Notes: a model not told the origin generated them from the letters alone. Shown: positions 24,987 to 38,101, counted from the stretch's first letter. The stretch is 64,000 nucleotides of DNA from Mustelus asterias (GCF_964213995.1 NW_027590123.1:992001-1056000), one strand, 5' to 3'. Numbers and translations are program-made.

Positions 24987-27918
24987 TCCTCCCTCTGGGG
25001 GAGGATGACCTCACTGGGCCTGGAGGTCTGGAGTGCTTATACTTAAATGCAAGGAGCGTAGCAGGTAAGACAGATGAACTTAGGGCCTTAATGCTCACGA
25101 TGAATTTGGATGTGGTTGCGGTGACAGAGACTTGGTTGAAAGAGGTACAGGACTGGCAGCTGAATATTCCGGGGTACAAGTGTTTTAGGCGAGACAGAGG
25201 AGGGACCAAAAGAGGTGGGGGAGTAGCAGTATTAGTTGGAGAGCATATTACAGCGGTGCAGAGGGAGGACAATTCAGAGGGGTCGTGTAACGAGTCACTC
25301 TGGGTGGAGCTTAGAAACAGGAAGGGCGCAGTCACTATGTTGGGGGTGTACTACAGCAACCCCCCCCCCCCCCCCCCCGCCAACAGCCCAAGGGAAGTGG
25401 AAGAACGGATATGTCAGGAAATACTGGATAGCTGCAGGAAAAATAGGGTTGTTGTAGTGGGAGACTTCAATTTCCCTGGTATAGACTGGAAATCGCTGAG
25501 ATCAGGGACTCTGAATGAGGAGGAATTTGTAAAATGCGTACAGGAGGGTTCTTTGGAACAATATGTAGATAGCCCGACTAGAGAGGGGGCTATACTAGAC
25601 CTCGTACTGGGGAATGAGCCCGGTCAGGTCTTCAAAGTTTCGGTAGGGGAACATGTGGCAAATAGTGACCACAATTCTGTTAGCTTTAGGATAGTGATGG
25701 AAAAGGATGAGTGGTGTCCCAAGGGTAAGGTGTTGGATTGGGGGAAGGCTAACTTTAGTGGGATTAGGCAGAAATTGGCAGCTCTTGATTGGGAGAGGCT
25801 GTTTGAGGGTAAATCCACATCTGGCATGTGGGAGTCTTTTAAGGAACAGTTGTTAGGGCTACAGGACAGGCATGTGCCTGTTAAAAAGAAGAATAGGAAG
25901 GGTAGGATTCGAGAACCGTGGATAACCAGGGAAATTGAGGGACTGGTCAAAAAGAAAAGAGAGGCGTATGGTAGGTCCAGGCAGCTAAAAACGGAGGGAG
26001 CTCTGGAGGAGTACAAAGAAAGTAGGAAAGAACTCAAACGGGGAATTAGAAGAGCAAAAAGGGGTCACGAAATGTTCTTGGCAGACAGGATTAAGGAGAA
26101 TCCCAAGGCATTTTATTCATACGTTAGGAACAAAAGGGTTGTCAGGGAAAAAATCGGACCTCTCAGGGACAAAAGTGGGGAATTATACTTGGAGCCCAAA
26201 GAAGTAGGGGAGATCCTAAATGAATACTTTGCGTCGGTATTCACAAAGGAGAGGGATGTGTTGACTGGGAGTGTCTCGGAGGGGAGTGTTGAACCGTTGG
26301 AGAAAATCTCCATTACAAAGGAGGAAGTGTTAGGTTTGTTAGAGAATTTAAAGACTGACAAATCCCCAGGGCCTGATGGAATCTATCCAAGGCTGCTCAG
26401 GGAGACGAGAGATGAAATCGCTGGGCCTCTGACGCAAATATTTGTCTCGTCACTGGACGCAGGTGAGGTCCCAGAGGATTGGAGGATAGCTAATGTGGTT
26501 CCGTTATTTAAGAAGGGTAGGACAGATAACCCGGGTAATTATAGGCCGGTGAGCTTGACGTCCGTGGTGGGGAAGTTGTTGGAGAAGATTCTTAGAGATA
26601 GGATGTATGCGCATTTAGAAAGGAATAAACTCATTAACGATAGTCAGCATGGTTTTGTGAGAGGGAGGTCATGCCTCCCTAACCTGGTGGAGTTTTTTGA
26701 AGAAGTGACCAAAATGGTTGACGAAGGAAGGGCCATGGATGTCGTCTATATGGACTTTAGTAAAGCGTTTGACAAAGTCCCTCATGGTAGGCTGGTGAAA
26801 AAGGTTGGATCTCATGGGATAAAGGGGGAGGTGACTAGATGGGTGGAGAACTGGCTTGGTCACAGAAGACAGAGAGTGGTAGTGGAAGGGTCTTTCTCCG
26901 GCTGGAGGCCTGTGACTAGTGGTGTTCCGCAGGGCTCTGTATTGGGACCTCTGCTGTTTGTGATTTATATAAATGATCTGGAAGAAGGTGTAACTGGGGT
27001 GATCAGTAAGTTTGCGGACGACACAAAATTGGCAGGACTTGCAGATAGTGAGGAGCATTGTCAGAAGCTACAGAAGGATATAGATAGGCTGGAAATTTGG
27101 GCAAAGAAATGGCAGATGGAGTTCGATCCTGATGAATGCGAAGTGATGCATTTTGGTAGAAATAATGTCGGGAGGAGCTATATGATAAATGGCAGAACCA
27201 TAAAGGGTGTAGATACGCAGAGGGACATGGGTGTGCAAGTCCACAGATCCTTGAAGGTGACGTCACAGGTGGAGAAGGCGGTGAAGAAGGCATATGGCAT
27301 GCTTGCCTTTATAGGGCGGGGCATAGAGTATAAAAGTTGGGGTCTGATGTTGCAGATGTATAGAACGTTGGTTCAGCCGCATCTGGAATACTGCGTCCAG
27401 TTCTGGTCGCCACACTACCAGAAGGACGTGGAGGCTTTGGAGAGAGTACAGAGGAGGTTTACCAGGATGTTACCTGGTATGGAGGGGCTTAGTTATGAGG
27501 AGAGATTGGCTAAACTGGGGTTGTTCTCCCTGGAAAGACGGAGGATGAGGGGAGACTTAATAGAGGTGTATAAAATTATGAAAGGCATAGATAGGGTGAA
27601 CGGTGGGAAGCTTTTCCCCAGGTCGGTGTTGACGTTCACGAGGGGTCATAGGTTCAAGGTGAAGGGAGGGAGGTTTAACGCAGATATCAGACGGACATAT
27701 TTTACACAGAGGGTGGTGGGGGCCTGGAATGCGCTGCCAGGCAAGGTGGTGGAGGCGGACACACTGGGAACGTTTAAGACTTATCTAGACAGCCATATGA
27801 ACGGAGTGGGAATGGAGGGATACAAAAGAATGGTCTAGTTTGGACCAGGGAGCGGCGCGGGCTTGGAGGGCCGAAGGGCCTGTTCCTGTGCTGTATTGTT
27901 CTTTGTTCTTTGTTCTTT
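24987..27918 (+). mobile_element. 5'-truncated CR1 LINE with an uninterrupted ORF2 (APE endonuclease + reverse transcriptase)
   Basis: Open frame to the stop at 27838. Endonuclease motifs YLNARS, VTETWL, GGGVAV, GDFN and SDHN; RT motifs [15 protein letters not shown] and FADD; (TTGTTCT)n tail. The first ~34 codons of the 24884 ORF come from flanking DNA. Confidence 0.97.
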
Positions 27919-28517
27919 ATAACTGATCAAAAGGAATCGAGTCACCGGGGAATACAGATCACAATTATGAGATTGACCATAGCGAACTACATTTAACCAA
28001 AGTGAACTACATTTAAATAGACGAGATTGAAGAATTATCTGCTATTGACACTTGTGTCTTTTTTATTATGGGCGTGAAATATTCAGGCGCATAAATTCCA
28101 GCCATTTAAATGAAAGTCCAGTAGATCCGCACTAAATCTCGATTTCCTCATCTATCTGAGTGTTTTTTTTTTCCTATTTCTTTGTTTTGAAGAACGATTA
28201 AAGAAAAAGATTCTTCTGGGAAATGTGCGCCATTTCCGATAGTTCACTTGTGTTAGTCCCCTCGAGCACATACTACAATTCGAACAGTTCCAGATGGTGA
28301 ATAGCTGCGTTCATCTGCACCCACAAACTCATTAAATTCTGTTGTTGATTGAACGTGATGCGAATATGTGCACAGTGTCGCAATCGAAATGTTTCTTTCC
28401 TGTCATTTCGTCACAAAGCTATCAACATTCTTATTTTACAGAAAGCATTTGAGGCCGAGGTCAGAGCAAAGATCATATGGCTGCAATATCAAGATTCGGA
28501 TAACGTTCAGCAACGAA

Positions 28518-29289
28518 AGTCTAATACAGATAGGAAATATACAGTAAATGGCAGCACCCTTAAGAGTATTGATAGACAAAGGGATCTGGGTGTACAAGTA
28601 CACAGGTCACTGAAAGTGGCAATGCAGGTGGAGAAGGTAGTCAAGAAGGCATACGGCATGGTTGCCTTCATCGGCCGGGGCATTGAGTTTAAAAATTGGC
28701 AAGTCATGTTGCAGCTTTATAGAACCTTATTTGGGCCGCACTTGGAATATCGTGTTGAATTCTGGTTACCACACAACCAGAAGGATGTGGAGCTTTGGAG
28801 AGGGTACATAAAAGATTTGCCAGGATGTTGCGTGGTATGGAGAGGATTAGCTACGAAGTGAGATTGCAGAAACTTGGTTTGTTCTCACGAGAGCGACGGA
28901 GGTTGAGGGGCGCCCTGATAGAAGTCTACAAGATTATGAGAGGCATGGACAGAGTGGATAGTCAGAAGCTTTTTCCTCGGGTGGAAGAGTCAATTACTGG
29001 GGGACATAGGTTTACAATGCGAGGGGCAAGGTTTAAAGGAGATGTACAAGGCAGACTTTTTAAACAGGGATTAGTGGGTGCCTGGGACTTGTTGCCAGGG
29101 GAGGTAGTGCAAGCGAATACGGTAGTGACTTTTAAGGGACGCCTTGACAAGTACATGAATAGGAATGGGAATAGAGGGATATGGTCCCCGGAAAGGTCGG
29201 GGGTTTTGGTTAATTCGGGCAGCATGGTCGGTACAGACATGGAGGGCCGAAGGGCCTGTTCCTGTGCTGTAATGTTCTTTGTTCTTTGT
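28518..29289 (+). mobile_element. CR1 LINE 3' fragment inserted in a Val-array unit
   Basis: Frameshifted ORF2 C-terminus and TTCTTTGTTCTTTGT tail. The flanks CAACGAA|ACTGAAATC rejoin the uninterrupted unit seen at ~30520. Confidence 0.92.
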
Positions 29290-32200
29290 ACTGAAATCAT
29301 ACAGATTTTCCTCAATCTAAATTAGGAAGCTCAATAAATGTTTCTGCCAGGTTTTGAACCTGGAACCTTTCGCCTCTCTGCAATGTTCAACTGCGCTGTA
29401 TTGCTGCAGTTTCAAATGATTAGACTGAGAGCCCATGTCACTTGTTTCAGGAAGATAACCGTTACTTTCAATGTGATTGCTCAACTTATCTTGAACTTCA
29501 AAATTTGAAAGCGATCGCCTGGCAAATATCTAAGGGATCAATGATTTCTGCTCATTCACTAATGCATCATATTCATCTTCCTTCGAATAATCTCAACCAC
29601 TTGTGCTCATTAATAAAAGCAAATTACTGGGGATGATGGATTCTGAAAGCAGAGGAGAAAATGCTGGAAAATCTCACATGGTCTGGCAGCATATGTAAGG
29701 AGAGAAAGGAGCTGACGTTTCGAGTCCAGATGACACTTTGTCAAAGCTCATTGTACAATTGTACTCAGTATTTGTTTCAATATTTAGTGTCAATGCATGA
29801 TTTAACACATATGTCTGAATATCTCTGAACTTGAATATCACTGAATTGCAAACGTAACTGGCCAACGAAAAGAGTCGAGTCACCGGGTAATACAGATCCC
29901 ATGGTGTTTGTTTGAGATTGGCCATCATCAGCTTTTAAACAAAGTCAACTATAATTAAATGGAAGAGATTGAAGAATTATCTGTTAGGTATACTTGAGTC
30001 TTTTTTATTATAAGTGTGAAACACTCAGGCGCATAAATTCCAGCCATCTATAGGAAAGATTAGTTGATCCGCACTGAGTCTCCATTTCCTCATCTGTCTG
30101 AGTGTTTTTTTTCCGATTTCCATGTGATAAAGCAAGATTTTTAAAAAAAGATTCTTCTGGGAAATTTGCACCATTTCCCCTAGTTCCCCTAGTTCCCCTA
30201 GACTTCTATCAGGTCGCCCCTCAACCTCCGTCGTTCTAGTTCACTTAGAGTATTACTTGTGTCTGTCTTTTTGAGCACACACTCCCATTAGACATGTTTC
30301 AGATGGTGATTCGCTATTTTAGTTTGCACCTATGAACCCATTAAATTCTGTTGTCCACTGAACAAGATGATACTATGTGCAGGTTGTCAAAGTAGAGACG
30401 TTTCTTTCCTGCCATTGCGTCAAAAAAAATCAGCATTTCTTATTCGCAGAAAGCATTTGAGGTTGAGGTCAGAGGAAAGATAATATTGCTTTAATAACGA
30501 GATTCGGATAATGTTCAGCAACGAACTGAAATCATACAGGATTTCCCTCATCTTACATGAGCAAGCTTAACGAATGCTGTTTCCCCGTTTCGGACCGGGG
30601 ACTTTTCGTGTTTTAGGAGAACGGGATAACCACTCCACTGCAGCTAGCATTGGGGCCTCAATGGCCCTGACTGCAATGTTTAACTCCACTTTGTTGCTGC
30701 AGGTTTGAATGGTATGATTGAGGGCCCATGTCACTTAATACAAGAGCACAGCCCTTACTTTCAACCTGATATCTCAACTTATCTTGTTCTTCAAAATTAA
30801 AAATAGTTCGTCCGGCAAATATCTAAGGAAGCACTGATTTCTGCTCAATTATTAATGCGTTATTCTTAGCTTCCTGCGAATAATTTCAACCAATTGTACT
30901 CAGTATCTGTTTCATAGAATCATAGATTCAGTGCAGAAACGGCCAATCGGCCCAACGAATCAGCAGCGACGCCAGAGTATCATAACCAGGCCATTTCCCC
31001 TGCTGTCCCCACAACGCTACTCTTTTCCCATGGCTAATCAATCTAACCGAGGGGCAATTTAGCATGCCCAATCCACCTTGGATCATCATTCAATTTTTAA
31101 TATCAATACAGTTATTTAATATATACGTCCAAATTCTGAATTTAATATCTCTGGAACAATATCTCTGGAATATGCAATTGGTCTGACTGCATTGTTCAAC
31201 TCCGCTCTATTGCTGCAGGTTCGAATGGTTAGGCTGAGAGGCCATGTACCTCAGTGCAAGAAGGCAACCGTTACTTTCAACGTGATGTCTCAACTTGTCT
31301 CGAATTTCAAAATTTAAAAGCATTCATCGGACAAATGTCTAAGGGAACAATGATTTCTGCTCAATCGTGAATGCGTCATTCTCATATACCATCGATTAAC
31401 TTCAACCAGTTATATCCAGTATTTGTTCGGTAATCAACATTTACTATCAATCCAGTTATTTAACACATTGCGAATTGAATATGTCTGAAATATACAACAT
31501 TGAATTGCAAACATTACTGACCAACAAAATAAATCGAGTCACGGGTAATACACATCGAATGGTGCTTTTTTAAGTAAGTTTGACCATGATCAGCTTTTAA
31601 ACCAAATCAAATATATTTAAAGGGAAGAGATTCAAGAATGATCTGTCAGTTATACTTGATCCCTCTTTATTCTGTGTGAGAAACATTCTGGCGCCTAAAT
31701 CTCGTTCATCTATAGGAGATCCAGAAGGTCCGCTTTGTTTCTTGATTTCCTCTTCTGTCTGAGAGGTTTTCCCTATTTCGTTAGTATGAAGAAAAATTTT
31801 AAAAAGATGCTTCGGGGAAATGTTCTCCATTTTCTCTACTTCAGTTACATTATCACTTGTATCTGTATTTTTGAGCGCCCAATACTATTAGACATGTTTC
31901 AGTTGATGATGAAGTATGTTAGTCTGCATCTATAAACCTATTAAATTCTGGCGTGGACTGAAAATATTGCTAATATGTGCACGGTTTTAAAATAGGAACA
32001 TTTCCTCTCATTGCGTCATGAAAATACAAGGTTTCTGATTTTGCTGAAAGCTTTTGAGGCAGAGGTGAGCGCAAATATAACATGGCTGTAACATCGAGTT
32101 TCGGATAATGTTCAGCTACAATCTGAAATTATACAGACTTCCCTCAACCTTAATGAACAAATTTCATTAATGCTTCTGCTCGATTTCGAACGTGGGCCCT

Positions 32201-33454
32201 TGCGTGCGTGAAGCAAATGCAACCAGCACGACACCACAGAAACTGTTGGCTGCTCCGTAGCCCAATGGGGCTGAGTTGATATGTTGCAATATTCGTTGGG
32301 AATGCTGGAGACACATTAATCTAAGAATGATTGAAAATGGTTAACAATGTCACAGATCGATGAGAGGCTCATCAATCCATCAGATATTTGCGAATTATTT
32401 TATGAGGAGCTAAATAATTAAGATGTCGTTGCGGGATTGATGGGCCGATGGGCCTGTTCCTGTCCTGAACTGTTCTTTGTTCCAATTTCAATTTCCTCCT
32501 CTCATTCCATGAAGTTGATGTTTCTCCCTTTTAAGTCATTGAAAAATCCCAATTTGAAGAAGGAGTTTCTGCGGAATCCATGGACAATTTGCTATAACAA
32601 CCTTTCCCTTACCCAATGGCAGCAAGTATTGGATTTAGCTTCCTGATATAGTTTTCAACGTAAACATATATTTATTTTTGCAATTGATTTTATATCGATT
32701 TTACAAAACGAATTTAAATCTGATGAAGCATCTCCTCATTATTTCTGAATTATACCTAATATAACTACATTTACTCCACAACCTTCCACAGAGTGTGGAA
32801 TATAACAGACGAGAATAAATCACCTACACCTGAAGCAGTCTTCTTGTGCTGTCCTCCTGTGTCCTGAACATCCAATCCGAAAACCTCGAGAATGGATGGA
32901 GAATCTGTCTTATTCACACGGACTTCACATAGGCCAACACAGTGGCACAGTGGTTAGCACTGCTGTTTCACAACGCTAGGGACCCGGGTTCAATTGAAAT
33001 TCCTCCTTAGTGTACACGAATAGGCGGCGGAATGTGGCGACGAGAGGATTTTCACAGTAACTTGAATTATTAATTGCAGTATTAATGTAAGCCTGGTTGT
33101 GACACGAGTAAATATGTTTTGCACACGGACACATCCAGAATATGTTTGGCGTAAAAATAAATATATCCATTATTGCTTATTCTGCAAAAGGGTCCACGTC
33201 GATTTGTCAATCAATGATCACCATTGATGAGAAATAGATTTCTGGCTGCTCCTGTTGTTAAAATGTTGTGTTCCATCGTAATGAGTATCTAACACGATAT
33301 TGCCGCACTTACACCACACCAGGGAATTCCAGTTCAGGAAGTTTACTCCGGAGCTAGCACGCTTTTTACGTTGCCAATGAGTTCATGTCTCTTTTGTGTG
33401 TCAATGGCTGTGCCAATCTGCTTGGTTATCTTTCTTAGTGATTGTCCGTGTGTC

Positions 33455-34143
33455 TCGTGGAACAAGCTGCCAGAGGTATTAGTAGAAGCCGTTACAAGTT
33501 TATCTTTTAAAAAGCATTTAGATAGTATATGGGTACGATGGGTATAGAGGGATATGGGCCAAATGCGGGCAATTGAGATTAGCTGAGGGGTTTAAACAAA
33601 AACGGGCGGCATGGACAAGTTGGGCCGAAGGGCCTGTTTCCATGCTGAAAACCTCCAGAGATTTTAGAGAGAGTGCAGAGGAGGTTTACCAGGATGTTGC
33701 CTGGTATGGAAGGGCTTAGTTATGAGGAGAGATTGGGTAAACTGGGGTTGTTCTCACTGGAAAGACGGAGGATGAGGGGTGACCTAAGAGAGGTGTATAA
33801 AATTATGAAAGGCATAGATAGAGTGAACGGTGAGAAGCTTTTTCCCAGGTCGGTGGTGACGTTCATGAGGGGTCATAGGTTCAAGATGAGGGGTGGGGGG
33901 GGGGGGGAGGTTTAATACGGATATCAGAAGGAGGTATTTTACACAGAGGGTGGTGGGGGCCTGGAATGCGCTGCCGGGCAAGGTGGTGGAGGCGGTGGGA
34001 ACTTTTAAGACTTATCTAGATAGCCACATGAACGGAGTGGGAATGGAGGGATACAAAAGAATGGTCTAGTTGGGACCAGGGAGCGGCGCGGGCTTGGAGG
34101 GCCGAAGGGCCTGTTCCTGTGCTGTATTGTTCTTTGTTCTTTG
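33455..34143 (+). mobile_element. Two adjacent CR1 3' fragments
   Basis: RRFTRMLPGMEGLSYEERL...; the 3' UTR matches that of the 27.9 kb copy. Confidence 0.9.
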
Positions 34144-34918
34144 ACTCTATGACTATGTTTGAGTCGATCGGTTTGGGAATCTATCACTTAGTTTACTGGT
34201 CTCTGTGTTGATTCTGTGCAGTATCCGAGACTTCCAGTGAACACGGAGGTGGAAGTATTCATGCATTATCATGGTTAGCAACGCAAACTAATAGGTGTCA
34301 GAAATCTGCAGAATAATTCTGGATTTATAACGAGGGACGTTAGAATTGATGTCACTGTCTGGGCATATATCTATATGGTTATATATCCTTATTCGTGTTG
34401 GTCTTTCCACGTGACCGTGTGTCTATCTGTTCTCCGCATGTCTGCTGGGTTTCCTCGGGTGCTGTGGTTTCCTCCAACAGACCAAAGATGTGCGGATTAG
34501 GTGGATTGGCCATGATAAATTGACCCCTAGTGTCAGGGAGATTATGTGTGCGGTTACGGGAATAGGGCCTCGGTGGAATTGTGGTCGGTACAGATTCGCT
34601 GGGCCGAATGGCCTCCTTCTGTACTGTAGGGGTTCTATGATTCAATGTTCTCTATAAGTGTCAGTCTTTTCAGGTTGCCGCGTGTGTCCCTGTTTCCAAT
34701 ATGCGGCTGTGCTGTCCACGGGAGAGTACTCTCTGATCACTTATGAAAGATCACAATCCCTTTCTAAAGGAAGCGTCTGTTTGAAGATGTAAAGATGGGC
34801 GGAGAGATGGAGTCACTTTGGACCTCATAACATCCCCCTGACTGTTTCAACATCTCCAATTGCAGATCAGATTCAGACAGTGATCAGTCTCTCTGTTTCT
34901 GCTGTTCAGACTCGAACC

Positions 34919-35390
34919 ATGGGGGTGAAACTCTGTCTCACTCTGGTTATTGTCCTGATTACAGGTCTGTCATTTTGAACTTCTGCGTGAAATCTGCCAG
35001 TCACCACATTCATTCCCCATTTCCATCTGGAGGGGATTATTCCATTGTTGTTACTCCTTCTAACCCACTGCGTGTCTGTTATCTATTTTCAGACATGAGT
35101 AACGGTGACTCAGTGTCCCAGTCAGGACCAGGTGTTGAAGCAGCAGAGGGTGAAGATTCAGCAATACCCTGCAGTTACTCGGGACAGAGTTTAACTGTAC
35201 AACATTACTGTTCTGGTATCGCCAGTATACACACCGAGCTCCTCATTGACTGCTCAGAGCCGCGAATGTACGGGTCTCAAGGTTTTTTACATTGCAGCGG
35301 GAATCTCAACCTGAAACAAAGCACTTTTCACTTGCCCATGAAAGATTTGAAGGTGACAGACAACACCGAGAATTACTGTGCACTGAGAGC
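34919..35390 (+). pseudogene. TRAV/TRDV: TCR alpha/delta V segment (leader 34919-34964, V exon 35093-35390) with compensating frameshifts; probably non-functional
   Basis: Leader MGVKLCLTLVIVLIT, GT-AG intron, DSVSQS..C..YCALRA. WYRQ (TGG 35214-35216) lies in a shifted frame. Confidence 0.85.
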
Positions 35391-35429
35391 CACAGTGAAT
35401 GAGGCTCCCGCGGGCCTCATACAAAATCT
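35391..35429 (+). other. 23-RSS
   Basis: CACAGTG-23-ACAAAATCT. Confidence 0.92.
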
Positions 35430-35961
35430 GGCACAGGTCGATAATCAATGATTCATTGTCAGGACAACACATGGGGTTAAAAATCAGCGAAAATTTACTC
35501 ATAGTGAACCTGACAATACAGTCCCGTCTAATTGTTTTCCCTCACTGAGGTTACTGATTGTCACTGTTGGGAAGTTTGACATGTTTTTACTCATATTACT
35601 ATCACATCAAGTCCAATCGCTCCCCGATCCTTTCACACAAACCCACAGATCTCCCAGGTGAACCATGTCATCAGACAGACCACACCTTTCAAAAGTGATC
35701 AAGTTTCAAAGGCAGACTCAGAGTTGTCACATGTTGAAGTTGCTGGTTAAAATTATTGACTGTAACATGTGTACTTTATAAACAAAAACCCCCAGTTGCA
35801 AACAGTCGAAGTAACAATATTGGACGGATATTTTGCTGGAACTTAAAGTCCACAAATGCTGATGCGGTAAGTTATTTAATCAATTTCGGCTTTCACTCGA
35901 GGTGTCAGAACTGCTTTGTAGAAAGTTAAACAATTTTTATTTTGCTAGCTACTAACGTGCA

Positions 35962-36051
35962 GGCTCGTTGGTCTAGGGGTATGATTCTCGCTTAGGGTAC
36001 CTCGCCCCATTAGCATGCGAGAGGTCCCGGGTTCAAATCCCGGACGAGCCC
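35962..36051 (+). tRNA. tRNA-Pro-AGG: tRNA-Pro(AGG) with an 18-nt intron (35998-36015)
   Basis: Exons match canonical vertebrate tRNA-Pro(AGG) as recalled. The insert sits exactly between positions 37 and 38; TTTT terminator at 36054-36057. Confidence 0.93.
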
Positions 36052-36344
36052 CGTTTTGACCGAAATATTGTGTTCGAAAGGAGATATTTTGATTTATTTC
36101 AGGTGCAAACGGCGGGATGGCTTTCTGCTGACTGGCTCCGAAAAAGAGTAATAAAGGCACAGAGTTTTACAGCACGGATAGAGCCCACTCGGACACCCAC
36201 ATGGCAGGCGCGGACATCCATCATGTCTGCGCCTGCCACGTGACAGCTGGGCGGGAAGCGTTAGTTCTGATTCTCGCTCCACAGGTACTTCCAGAAATAC
36301 TGACATAACCCAGTATTTTCTGTTTTTATTTCAGATTTTGAAAG

Positions 36345-36990
36345 ACCGCAGTGTGCTGCATTATATTAGACTTTGGGCTGACAAGTGGCAAGTAACATTC
36401 GCGCCACACAAATGCCAGACAATGTCCATCACCAATAAGAGAAAATCTAACCACCACCTCTTGACAGTCAATAGTTTTTCCATCACTGAATCCCCCAAGG
36501 TTAACATCCATACGGTTACCATTGACCAGATACTCAATTGGACTCGTCACATAAACACAATGGCTACAAGAGCAGGTCAGAGGCCAGGAATACTGCGGCG
36601 AATAACTCACCTCCTGACTCCCCAGAGTCTGTCCACCATCTACAAGGCACAGGTCAGGAGCGTGATGGAATATTCCCACCTCGCCTGGATGGGTGCAGCT
36701 CCAACAACACACAAGAAGATTGACATTATCCAGGACAAAGCAGCCCGCTTGACTGGCACCACATCCACAAGCATTCAATCCCACCACAGCCGATGCTCAG
36801 TAGCAGCGATGTGCATCTAAAAGACACACAGTAGAAATTCACCAAAGATCCTTAGACAGCACCTTCGAAATCCATGACCACTTCCATCCAGAAGGAAAAG
36901 GGTAGTAGACACATGGGAACATCACCACCTGCAAGTTCTCCTCCAAGTCACTCACCATCCTGACTTGGAATTATATTGCCATTCCTTCGC
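36345..36990 (+). mobile_element. LINE (CR1/L2 group, different family) RT C-terminal fragment
   Basis: WADKWQVTFAPHKCQ..IYKAQVRSVMEYS. Confidence 0.8.
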
Positions 36991-37084
36991 ATGGCCTCAT
37001 TCTGTGGTGTACTCATTTTCTGATTTAGTGCGTACTTCACCCTGAGGCCGTGATCCGCAAAGTATTTTCTCATTTCTCATTTCT

Positions 37085-37838
37085 GTCATCTCTCCCTCAA
37101 TGTCAATAAAACGGAGATTGTCATTGACTTCAGAAAGCGTAGAGGAGAACATGCCCCTGTCTCCATCAAAGGGAACGAAGTGGAATGGGTCGAGAGCTTC
37201 AGGTTTTTAGGTCTCCAGAGCACCAACAACCTGTCCTGGCCTCCCATGCCGACACTATAGTGAAGAAAGCCCATCAACGCCTCTACTTTCTTAGAAGACT
37301 TAGGAAATTTGGCATGTCAGCAACGACTGTCAGCAAGGTTTGCAGGTGCACCATAGAAAACATTATTTCTAGTTGTATCACAGCTTGGTATGGCTCCTGC
37401 TCTGCCCAAGACCGCAATAAACTACAAAGAGTCGTGAATGTAGCCCAATCCATCACTCAAACCAGCCTCCCATCCAGTGATTCTGTCTACGCTTCCTGCT
37501 GCCTCGGCAAAGCAGCCAGCATAGTTAAGGACCCCACGCACCCCGGACATTCTCTCTTCCATCTTCCTCCTTCGAGAGAAAGATACAGAAGTCTGAGGTC
37601 ACGTGCTAGCCGACTGAAGAACAGCTTCTTCCCTGCAGCCATCATACTTTTGAATGGACATTACCTTGCATTAAGTTGATCTTTCTCTAGACCCTGACAG
37701 TGACTGTAATACCACATTCTGCACTGTCCCGTTTCCTTCTCTATGAACAGTACACGTTGTCTGTATAGCGCGCAAGAAAAAATGCTTTTCACTGTATACT
37801 AATACATGTGACAATAATAAGTAAAACCAAATCAAATC
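37085..37838 (+). mobile_element. Rex1/Babar-clade LINE 3' fragment
   Basis: KKAHQRLYFLRRLRKFG..RLKNSFFP and an (AAATC)n tail. A further minus-strand piece lies at ~54105-54450. Confidence 0.8.
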
Positions 37839-38101
37839 GTTTCATTTCTCCTGACTTCCAGCCTATTCCTGTTGTTAAATTTCCTCCCTCCTGAGTTTCA
37901 GTCGTTTCAAATTCCCACATTTTTCACCTTTTCCTGTTGTAATGAAAGGCCATGGACGGAAAAGATGAGCGTTGTTTCCCTGTCCACAAATTCTGCCTGA
38001 ATTCCTAAGTTTCTGCAGCATCTTCCGCCTTCGCTGCAGTTATCTGATCGGTTTTGACTGACCAAGAGAGCATCTTTTCTTTCAATCAGTGGCTGCTTAT
38101 A

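Larger units (their letters stand above)
22065..32270 (-). repeat. Diverged tandem array (~1.2-1.3 kb unit) carrying tRNA-Val pseudogenes, interrupted by CR1 and SINE insertions
   Basis: Marker GGTTAGACTGAGAGCCCATGTCACTT recurs at ~23285, 24545, 29420, 30712 and 31228. Val relics at ~23135-23212, 24409-24481, 29339-29373, 30578-30640 and 32171-32243. Confidence 0.85.
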
